54,277 nt of DNA, taken from Candidatus Kerfeldbacteria bacterium. Its GTDB lineage: Bacteria > Patescibacteriota > Patescibacteriia > SBBC01 > CAIJZX01. A program made the position numbers and the translations under genes. Shown piece after piece: positions 46,885 through 54,277 of the stretch. The stretch spans positions 350,446-404,722 of the forward strand of contig JACPSJ010000001.1 of the NCBI GenBank assembly GCA_016193315.1. The letters run 5' to 3'. Numbering within the stretch: the first letter of the stretch is position 1; the number at the start of each line of letters is the position of its first letter. The notes under the pieces were generated by a model. It ran no database searches, was not told the origin of the DNA, and worked only from the letters and a program-made list of their open reading frames with translations.

Positions 46885-48264
46885 CTACGCTTTCCGCAGC
46901 CGTGGTCCCAGCGGCGTATCGTCAACTGTGAAACCGTGTTTAGCAATGGCTTGACGTAGTGAGTCAGCCCGCGCAAAGTCTTTGGCTTGCCGTGCTTGTT
47001 CTCGTTGGGCAAGTAACTTATGAACCACTTCAGGAACGGCAATTTTTTCAGGCTGGGCCTCGTCTAGCCGCAGACCAAAGACTTGGTCCATGATTTTGAC
47101 GCTTTGGCGCTTGGCGTGGCCTGGGTAATCAGATTTCAAGAGCTCGTGGAGCACGGCCAGCGCCTGCGGCGCGTTGAGATCATCGTTGATGGCTTCGCGG
47201 AAACGCTGCTCGTACTCGGCGCAGCCGATTTTCGCGTCGGGCCCGAGATCGGCCACGTGCTGCCACAAGTTTCGGTAGCCTTCGGCCGCCGATTCGAGTG
47301 CGGCCCAAGAGAATTGCAGTTTTTGACGGTAGTGGGTTTGGAGGCAGAGGAATCGAAAGGCCAACGGGTCGATGCCCCGATCAGTCACATCCTGGAGGGT
47401 AATCATGTTACCTTCAGACTTACCCATCCGCCGCTTCGGCAAGACTAAGAATTCCCCATGAAGCCAGTAGCGCACGAACGGACTTTTCCCGGTCGCCGTT
47501 TCGGATTGAGCGATCTCGTTCTCGTGGTGAACGGGGATGTGGTCAACGCCGCCAGTGTGGATTTCAAACTGCGGCCCCAGTTCTTTCATTGACATGGCTG
47601 AACACTCCAGGTGCCAGCCGGGGAACCCAACTCCCCACGGGCTAGCCCACTCCATTTGCCGCTGCTCGCCGGGGCGGGAGAATTTCCACACCGCGAAGTC
47701 ACTCGGGTGGCGTTTCTCCTGGTTAACCACCACTCGCGCGCCAGCCTTTTTGTCGCTCAGCTTCTGCCCGCCCAGTTGTCCGTAGCGATGGAACTTCGAC
47801 GTATCAAAGTAGATTCCGTCGCTGGTTCGATAGACAACCTTCTTGGCCTCGAGTTTCTTGACCAGCGCAATTTGGAGATCGATGGTGTCGGTGGCGCGGA
47901 GAGTTTTGGTTGGAGTTTTGACATTAAGTTTTTCCAGATTGTCGAAAAAAATCTGTTCGTACTGGCGCGCAATAGTTTTTGCACTCTGGCCGGCTTGTTT
48001 GGCGCTTTCTTCAATCTTGTCCTGTCCCTGATCGGCGTCATCAGTCAAATGCCCAACATCGGTGATGTTCATCACCTGCTTGACGACGTAACCATTGAAC
48101 TCGAGGGTCCGACGGAGCAGGTCGGCAAAGAGATAGGTCCGTAAATTGCCGAGGTGGGCCGCTCCGTAGACAGTCGGCCCGCAGGTGTACATCCCCACCG
48201 GTCCAGGGTCGCGCGGTTGGAATGTTTCCCGTTGCTTCGTCAGGGTGTTGTAGAGCTTGAACAC
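46885..48264 (-). CDS. cysS: Cysteinyl-tRNA synthetase
   Basis: LYNTLT, YTCGPTVY..AHLGN, PGWHLECS, HHENE, MGKS; GTG start 6 nt after TACAAT. Confidence 0.96.
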   Translation of the reverse strand: MFKLYNTLTKQRETFQPRDPGPVGMYTCGPTVYGAAHLGNLRTYLFADLLRRTLEFNGYVVKQVMNITDVGHLTDDADQGQDKIEESAKQAGQSAKTIARQYEQIFFDNLEKLNVKTPTKTLRATDTIDLQIALVKKLEAKKVVYRTSDGIYFDTSKFHRYGQLGGQKLSDKKAGARVVVNQEKRHPSDFAVWKFSRPGEQRQMEWASPWGVGFPGWHLECSAMSMKELGPQFEIHTGGVDHIPVHHENEIAQSETATGKSPFVRYWLHGEFLVLPKRRMGKSEGNMITLQDVTDRGIDPLAFRFLCLQTHYRQKLQFSWAALESAAEGYRNLWQHVADLGPDAKIGCAEYEQRFREAINDDLNAPQALAVLHELLKSDYPGHAKRQSVKIMDQVFGLRLDEAQPEKIAVPEVVHKLLAQREQARQAKDFARADSLRQAIAKHGFTVDDTPLGPRLRKA

Positions 48265-48378
48265 GGACCCATTGTACCGTCTCCGGCCACAAAAAGAAAA
48301 CCCCGCACCCCTCGATCTCCCGCGGAGGCGGGGACCGGGGTCTTGGTGCGGGGCGCAAAGAGCGATCAAAGAGCGTGG

Positions 48379-48558
48379 CTAGGTGGTCGGCAGACCGTAT
48401 TCGAGGAACATCCAGAACAAAGCCAGCGACGAAATGATGGCGTTGGCCAATGTCAGGCCGCCGACGATTTGCACGAACCAATGGTCATGCAGCATGTGCT
48501 GCTCGACCGTCGGCATTGGTTGGGCCGCGGTGGCGGCCGGATTGCCCGTTTGGGTCAT
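48379..48558 (-). CDS. 59-aa single-TM protein (not in the ORF track)
   Basis: A-rich leader; MTQTGNPAAT...HMLHDHW..TM..; hairpin plus T-run terminator at 48293-48353. Confidence 0.55.
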   Translation of the reverse strand: MTQTGNPAATAAQPMPTVEQHMLHDHWFVQIVGGLTLANAIISSLALFWMFLEYGLPTT

Positions 48559-48738
48559 GTATTTTTCTTGTTTGTTTTTGTCACCCGTTCTCTCCTCGAG
48601 CCTGAGCGAGATGATAGACTCGTCTCGACGAGCGCTCTCTCCGAGGCGAGCTGGTGCTCAAGGCACTGAGTCCTCAGAGCCGAAGGCCGGAGAGGCCCAG
48701 GTGTTGGCTAACAGTTGATAAACTTCTCCCCGCCGCGG

Positions 48739-49749
48739 TTAAGCCGGCGCGGCCGGTGAAGGTCGACCTTTTGGCTGATGATTACGGGCGAAACACTCCA
48801 GATCGTGGGTCCATTCCTCGATCACCTCCTTCACGTCATTGGCGGTCACGGTCGGGGCGGTCGGAAAATCGCTTGGTCGGTTCATGGCTTTCAATCGGAC
48901 CTTAGCCGCCGCTTCGTCCATGGCGTCAATGGCTTTGTCCGGGAAGTAGCGGTCGGTCAGGAGGCGGCCGGACAAATCAACCGCCGCTCGCAGGGCGTCG
49001 TCGCCGATGCGGACGTGGTGGTGCTCTTCGTAGCGCGGGCGCAGGCCGCGGAGGATGGCTAAGGTTTCTGCGGCTGGCGGTTCGTTCACCATCACCGGTT
49101 GGAAGCGACGCTCAAGCGTTACATCGTTAACGATCTTTTGATACTCGCCCTCCGTCGTGGCGCCGATAGCCTGCAGCTCACCGCGGGCGAGGGCCGGCTT
49201 GAGGATGTCCGAGGCGTCGATTGCCCCAGTCGCTTCACCGGCTTCGGCCAAAGTATGGAGCTCGTCGATAAACAGGATGATCTGCCGCTGGGCGGCAATG
49301 ACCTCATCGAGGATGGTCTTCAGTCGTTTTTCGAATTCGCCGCGATACTTTGTGCCAGCCACTAAGCCAGACAAGTCGAGCGCCAAGATACGTTTGTTTT
49401 GAATTGGCGCCGGGACCTCGCCGCGAGCAATCTTGTTAGCCAGGCCCTCAACGATGGCCGTTTTTCCCACCCCGGAGTTGCCGATCAGCACGGCGTTATT
49501 CTTCGTCCGGCGAGAAAGAATTTGGATGACCCGGTCAATTTCGTGTGCCCGGCCGATGACCGGATCAAGCCTGCCCTGCCGCGCCAGGCTGGTCAGGTCC
49601 TGTGAATACAGGCCCAGAATCGATCCCCGCATCCGTTCGCGGTTTGATTCGCGTAACAAGACAATGCCGAAAAACATGAACAGCCCGGCGAAGCCGAGGA
49701 GCAGCAGAAAACCGGTCGGCGTGGACAACTGGTCAACCAGCTGACTCAT
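48739..49749 (-). CDS. Membrane-anchored ClpA/B/C-type ATPase containing only NBD1
   Basis: N-terminal TM; [44 protein letters not shown]. Confidence 0.88.
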   Translation of the reverse strand: MSQLVDQLSTPTGFLLLLGFAGLFMFFGIVLLRESNRERMRGSILGLYSQDLTSLARQGRLDPVIGRAHEIDRVIQILSRRTKNNAVLIGNSGVGKTAIVEGLANKIARGEVPAPIQNKRILALDLSGLVAGTKYRGEFEKRLKTILDEVIAAQRQIILFIDELHTLAEAGEATGAIDASDILKPALARGELQAIGATTEGEYQKIVNDVTLERRFQPVMVNEPPAAETLAILRGLRPRYEEHHHVRIGDDALRAAVDLSGRLLTDRYFPDKAIDAMDEAAAKVRLKAMNRPSDFPTAPTVTANDVKEVIEEWTHDLECFARNHQPKGRPSPAAPA

Positions 49750-49886
49750 GGCGTGGTGCTCGTCAACTGGGCCGCGATGACCACCAGGCCAATGACCAGG
49801 ACCAGGCCGGCGGTAATGACCACAAACCCAACTGACACTTTGACCGCGGTCGAGCGCTGCTTGGTTTGCATTACCGGACGATCCAT
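49746..49886 (-). CDS. 46-aa single-TM protein (not in the ORF track)
   Basis: [12 protein letters not shown] plus a hydrophobic helix; stop overlaps the Clp ATG (ATGA). Confidence 0.55.
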   Translation of the reverse strand: MDRPVMQTKQRSTAVKVSVGFVVITAGLVLVIGLVVIAAQLTSTTP

Positions 49887-49892
49887 AGCGGC

Positions 49893-50624
49893 TTACGAAC
49901 GGAGGAAGAGCATGATCAGCACCACCACCGCCGAGGCGACGGCATAACCACCGACCAGTCGCGGCAGGCGAGTGGCCAGGATGGGGGTCAACTGGCGGGT
50001 TGGCTGGCGTTGGAGTCGGAGCAGCTCGGCGGCTTGGTGCCGGCAGCGGTGGACGGCCAGCCGCAGGCTGAGCCGGACCTCGGCCTCATTGGTTTGAATC
50101 GGCATCAACAGCGGTTCCAGGCTGGCCAGCTGTCGCGACACAGTCTCCAAGGATTGACCAAAATCAATCCGATCGCGATCGCCGTGGCTAGTGACGATTT
50201 CTTTGGCAAACAAATTGACTTGCTGCTCGGTCCAGCGCGCCATGGCCAACAGCAGCCCGGCCATCACCGCGGCTGACGAGGCCTGCCAGAGCGGATGTGC
50301 TGGTTGCATCAGCGAGTCGACAAAAGACTGGATGGTCGGGCAGGCGCCGTCGTCAACCAATACCAACAACCCGGGGCCGACGACGAGCTGGAGACCGACC
50401 GCCCGGAGTTCTTTGGTCAGCGGTTCGTACGCTGGCCAGCGGCTAGCGATATAGAGCTGATCGCGGAACGGTCGGATGACGTTCCGGCGGGGGAAGCCAA
50501 GCAATTCCTCTACATCCAACGGATGGAGACGGAGACTGGTACGCAGACCGGCTACATCATGCTCAGTTGGACGCTGAAGATAGACCAACCGAATGGCCGC
50601 GGTTTGTATTTCGTGAATGGCCAT
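49893..50624 (-). CDS. Degenerate CorA-like protein
   Basis: P...D...L....LHPLDVEE N-domain pattern; a single C-terminal TM and no GMN. Confidence 0.55.
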   Translation of the reverse strand: MAIHEIQTAAIRLVYLQRPTEHDVAGLRTSLRLHPLDVEELLGFPRRNVIRPFRDQLYIASRWPAYEPLTKELRAVGLQLVVGPGLLVLVDDGACPTIQSFVDSLMQPAHPLWQASSAAVMAGLLLAMARWTEQQVNLFAKEIVTSHGDRDRIDFGQSLETVSRQLASLEPLLMPIQTNEAEVRLSLRLAVHRCRHQAAELLRLQRQPTRQLTPILATRLPRLVGGYAVASAVVVLIMLFLRS

Positions 50625-50760
50625 CTGTGTATATTGGTTTTGTTTTCGCCGTCCTTATTGTAGCACGTTTCAGCGCGGTAGTCAATCTTGAAAAAGAAGA
50701 AAAAGAAAGCGTAGTTCGTTGTCGAACCACGCTATCGTCCTGGTGGGGCCGCTCCACCGT

Positions 50761-51279
50761 CTAGTAGCGACGGTAGTATCGACCACCACGATCCATCGGC
50801 GGAGCACTCGACTGGACGATGAAGTCGAGTGTCCACGGCGGCAGGCTGTCGTTCTCGCAGGCGACCGCCACCACGACCACCCGCGGAGCATTCGTGCGTT
50901 CGTTCGGAATCCCGAAGTCCCAGGCGCCCGCCCGAACTGGTCCCACCTCGCGGTGGTCCAGCCAGATGCGGGTATTGCTCGGGTTGCAGTTGAGCACCAG
51001 AGAGAATCTGGCCCCCGCATCCCGCGTGGTCAGATCGATAACCCGACCCGGCCACACTACCTCGGCGCCGCCGTAAGGATTGTTCCAGTACAGCACCGGT
51101 CCGAGCGAACGCTGGTAGGAGTCGATCACCCGTCGGGTGAAGTTGGAACGGAGTTGAAATCCGTTGACCCCATCGTACGACACCTGCGTCGTCGTACGAA
51201 CCGCACCGGTCGTGGCATGGCAGCCATTGACCGCCAGCAGTCCCACCGCCGGGATAAGCCACAACCACAGTCGCTTCAT
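50761..51279 (-). CDS. Putative lipoprotein
   Basis: MKR..LLAVNGC lipobox-like signal; GGAGGTGA RBS. Confidence 0.6.
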   Translation of the reverse strand: MKRLWLWLIPAVGLLAVNGCHATTGAVRTTTQVSYDGVNGFQLRSNFTRRVIDSYQRSLGPVLYWNNPYGGAEVVWPGRVIDLTTRDAGARFSLVLNCNPSNTRIWLDHREVGPVRAGAWDFGIPNERTNAPRVVVVAVACENDSLPPWTLDFIVQSSAPPMDRGGRYYRRY

Positions 51280-51743
51280 CGATCATCACCTCCACTCGGC
51301 GTGGCGATGTACATCCGCCGGTTGGTTGGCCATTCATACCACCAGTCGAGGCCGCTCAGGCCACCCTCGTACGGCGAGTCGTTGTTCTTGCCGTTCGGGG
51401 CGACATCGAACCGCGCGACCAGCCGGCCTTCACGACCGTAGATCTCGAAGTGGTACGGCTCCTCCCGTGGCGCCTTCTGCTGGAGCCAGTAGGACTGAAC
51501 TCCACGCTCGGCGTCGAAGTCCCGGAGGATGGTGTAGTTGTGGTCGGAGTCGTCACCCCGGGAGAACTTCTCCGGCGGGTTGACGATCCGGATGCGGAGG
51601 TTGTACTGCGAGACGTTGAAAACCGCCCCGTTGTAGTAACGATCGATCGGCTGGGGGCCGATGATGTTCTCGGTGCAACCAGTCGCCATTGCGGCTGACA
51701 ACGCCAGCGCTGCCACCATCATGAAACGTGCGAACGTGCTCAC
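51276..51743 (-). CDS. Putative lipoprotein
   Basis: AAGGAG RBS before the GTG; AMATGC lipobox-like signal; ATGA overlap with the next gene. Confidence 0.6.
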   Translation of the reverse strand: MSTFARFMMVAALALSAAMATGCTENIIGPQPIDRYYNGAVFNVSQYNLRIRIVNPPEKFSRGDDSDHNYTILRDFDAERGVQSYWLQQKAPREEPYHFEIYGREGRLVARFDVAPNGKNNDSPYEGGLSGLDWWYEWPTNRRMYIATPSGGDDR

Positions 51744-51915
51744 GACTATTCTCCTTCTCAGGTTGTTCCGCAGCCTAGATCCTGATGGATCTGACCGAAG
51801 AACACAGACAGTGTTTACGACCCGGGAGCAGCCAGACTGAACACCAGAGCCTAGCACAGATTGTTCGATTTGTCAAGACTGTTGGCCTAGGCTGTGATAT
51901 AATTCAATCATTCCT

Positions 51916-52395
51916 ATGGCCGACCAGTTGCCGCCGCGAGTTGAACAAGTTCGGAGACCATCGGTTGAACTCCGACCAGAGACCGTTGGGTCTCCAGAAC
52001 GGCCCGAACCGGTCAGGGTGGTAGAACCGGAGAAACCAACGCCGGCTGAAGTCATCCCGGCGATCCCGGTCCGGCCAGCCAGCCCGCTGCCATCACCAGC
52101 CGAAGATACATCACTCTTCGTCCAAGAGGTCGAACAGGTGCTGGCCGAGGGCCTGGAGGAAACCTATCGCCAGCTCGATCCGGGGGCCCAAGCTGTTTTC
52201 AAGCGGGCGGGTGAGGAAACGGCCAAAAAAATCGTGACGCTCTTAGAGCAAACCAAAGTCCAGGCTAAGAAGGTTCTCGAGCTGATCGTCAGCTGGCTGA
52301 AGCTAATCCCCGGCGTCAACCGATTTTTCCTTGAGCAAGAAGCCAAGATCAAGGCCGACAAGCTGTTGGCCCTGCGCCGACCACCAGGGCCATGA
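51916..52395 (+). CDS. Hypothetical protein (Pro-rich N-terminus, helical C-terminus)
   Basis: TATAAT upstream; coupled to the next gene by ATGA. Confidence 0.7.
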   Translation: MADQLPPRVEQVRRPSVELRPETVGSPERPEPVRVVEPEKPTPAEVIPAIPVRPASPLPSPAEDTSLFVQEVEQVLAEGLEETYRQLDPGAQAVFKRAGEETAKKIVTLLEQTKVQAKKVLELIVSWLKLIPGVNRFFLEQEAKIKADKLLALRRPPGP

Positions 52396-54277
52396 ATTTC
52401 CTGGCCGCCATACCCCAGGTGTTGCCGATCAATGAGGTGGGCCAGAATCCAGGCGGTGCTTTGACATCGACCTTCGGGCCGATCATCCTGAGCCTCCTGG
52501 TTCTGGCGCTGCTCGTGGCCGGCGCACTGATGATCCGCTGGTACCTCCAGGGCCAGGGTCGTATCCCGCGAGCTCTGGAGTCGACCGTGCTCCTAGTGGC
52601 GCTACCGCGGGAATCTTGGCGTCAGGAACTAGAAGACAAAGATTGGCGGGAGATTCTGGCTGGTTTTGAGACGCTTTTCGTCACCCTGGGTAGCTTGCGT
52701 CCGGCCAGCGGGGACGGTCGGCTGCGATCGGCGTGGCGGAATCTGTGGTCGAGTCAAAGTCGGCAGCTAGCATTGGAACTGGTCTCCCACCGCGGACAGC
52801 TGTTTTTTTATCTGGCCGTGCCGCGGGACGCCCGCCAGCTGGTTGAACTCCAAATCCAGGCCCAGTACCCACATGCCCACATTGAAGAAGTTACCGATTA
52901 CAATCTCTTTGGACCGCAGAGCTTCATTCTGGCTACCAGCTTACAGCTGACGAAGCCGGCCATGTTTCCCATTCGGACGTATAAGCGGCTGGACAACGAT
53001 CCGCTCTTCGTGTTGACCAACGTCCTGAGTAAAGTTCAGTCACAGGAAGGAGCGGCCATCCAAATGCTGATTCGACCCCAATCGAAAGGCTGGCAGCAAC
53101 CCGGTCGCGAACTAGCTCGGCGATTGCAGGAAGGACAGCCGTTAGCCAGTCGTCCGGCGGGGAAAGCGATAGGTTTTCTAACCGCCTCGCTTCAGACGAG
53201 TCGTGACAGCCAGATGTCTGCCTACCGTGGCGTGCCGAATATCACGCCGCTCGAGCAAGAGCTGATCCGGACGCTGGAGGAGAAAGCGGGCAAACCGGGT
53301 TTTTCGGTCAACATCCGAATCATCACCGCCTCACCACTGGAAAGAAACGCCCGCGTTCACTTAGAAAACATCATTAATGCTTTCAGCCAGTTTACCTCGC
53401 TTGAATCCGGCAATGGCTTTCGGGCCCGGGCCGTGCAACATGGCGGCCGCCTGGTGTCCGATTTTATTTACCGTCATTTCCGACCAAGCCACCGAATGCT
53501 CCTCAACAGCGAAGAGATCAATAGCCTGTACCACTTTCCTTTACCGGATACACCAGCGCCGAACATTCACTGGTTGGCGGCCAAGAAGGCCGCGGCCCCG
53601 ACGGAGTTGCCAAGCGAAGGCATCATCTTAGGGCACAACCTCTATCGTGGGGAAGATCGGGTCATCCGACTCCAGACCGTCGACCGCCGGCGCCACGCCT
53701 ACATTATCGGCACCACTGGTTCCGGCAAATCGGTGCTGATGGCCAGCATGGCCAAACAGGACGTGGCCGCCGGCCACGGGGTTGGCGTCGTTGATCCGCA
53801 CGGCAGCCTGATCGAAGAGATCCTCGAAGGACTGCCGTCGAACCGGTTGCACGACGTGGTGCTATTTGAACCGGCTGACCTCGATCGCCCAGTCGGGTTG
53901 AATATGCTCGAAGCCCACCGACCGGAGGAGCGCGATTTCGCCGTTCAGGAAATGATCGCCATCTTCATGAAACTCTTCCCGCCGGAGGTCATTGGCCCGA
54001 TGTTCGAGCACAATATGCGCAACGCCATGTTGACCCTGATGGAGGACGAAGACTATCCCGGCACGATCGCTGATATTCCTCGAATCTTCACTGACAAAGG
54101 ATTCCAACAGTACAAAGTGTCCAAAGTCAAGGACCCGGTGGTGCGGGCCTTCTGGGAAAAGGAAATGGCTAAGACTTCCGACTTCCACAAATCGGAAATG
54201 CTGGGCTACTTGATTTCCAAGGTCGGCCGCTTCGTCGAGAACAGCATGATGCGAAACATCATCGGCCAGCCGCGCTC
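52392..54277 (+). CDS. VirB4/TraD/HerA-like P-loop ATPase with N-terminal TM, 5' part (runs off the window)
   Basis: In-frame RRRH.YIIGTTGSGKS at ~53690-53732, DPHG, NMLE, GPMFEH; not in the ORF track because it has no stop. Confidence 0.85.
   Translation, partial: MNFLAAIPQVLPINEVGQNPGGALTSTFGPIILSLLVLALLVAGALMIRWYLQGQGRIPRALESTVLLVALPRESWRQELEDKDWREILAGFETLFVTLGSLRPASGDGRLRSAWRNLWSSQSRQLALELVSHRGQLFFYLAVPRDARQLVELQIQAQYPHAHIEEVTDYNLFGPQSFILATSLQLTKPAMFPIRTYKRLDNDPLFVLTNVLSKVQSQEGAAIQMLIRPQSKGWQQPGRELARRLQEGQPLASRPAGKAIGFLTASLQTSRDSQMSAYRGVPNITPLEQELIRTLEEKAGKPGFSVNIRIITASPLERNARVHLENIINAFSQFTSLESGNGFRARAVQHGGRLVSDFIYRHFRPSHRMLLNSEEINSLYHFPLPDTPAPNIHWLAAKKAAAPTELPSEGIILGHNLYRGEDRVIRLQTVDRRRHAYIIGTTGSGKSVLMASMAKQDVAAGHGVGVVDPHGSLIEEILEGLPSNRLHDVVLFEPADLDRPVGLNMLEAHRPEERDFAVQEMIAIFMKLFPPEVIGPMFEHNMRNAMLTLMEDEDYPGTIADIPRIFTDKGFQQYKVSKVKDPVVRAFWEKEMAKTSDFHKSEMLGYLISKVGRFVENSMMRNIIGQPR

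Noticed and set aside
50719-51441. 240-aa plus-strand ORF and overlapping 201-aa minus-strand ORF
   Set aside because: Shadow frames of two lipoprotein genes that have RBS and signal peptides
52392-54277. Conjugative element based on the VirB4/TraD-like ATPase
   Set aside because: No relaxase or other T4SS genes are in view, and such ATPases are common chromosomal genes in this kind of genome

Overview
Bacterial chromosomal window. Gene style suggests Patescibacteria/CPR (inference): short HrcA, AspRS lacking the usual insertion domain, many leaderless genes, and a large VirB4/TraD-like ATPase. Core genes include adk, a map-yqgF fusion, rplU, recR, ybaB, dnaB, aspS, scpAB, tpiA, gap, hrcA-grpE-hsp20-dnaK, dnaJ, dus and cysS. 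There is also a cation-transport cluster, plus tRNA-Lys(TTT) and tRNA-Glu(CTC). The most striking signal is non-coding: several families of small palindromic elements, many paired with a partial duplicate of the end of the gene they flank (both ends of both tRNAs, 5' ends of dus and ybaK). One covarying multi-hairpin family occurs upstream of both tRNA-Lys and dus. A GIY-YIG nuclease sits inside one tRNA-flanking unit, and a nonsense-inactivated DUF559 nuclease sits beside its own REP-like repeats. No CRISPR array, rRNA or intact transposase/integrase was seen. All calls were made by eye; no searches were run.
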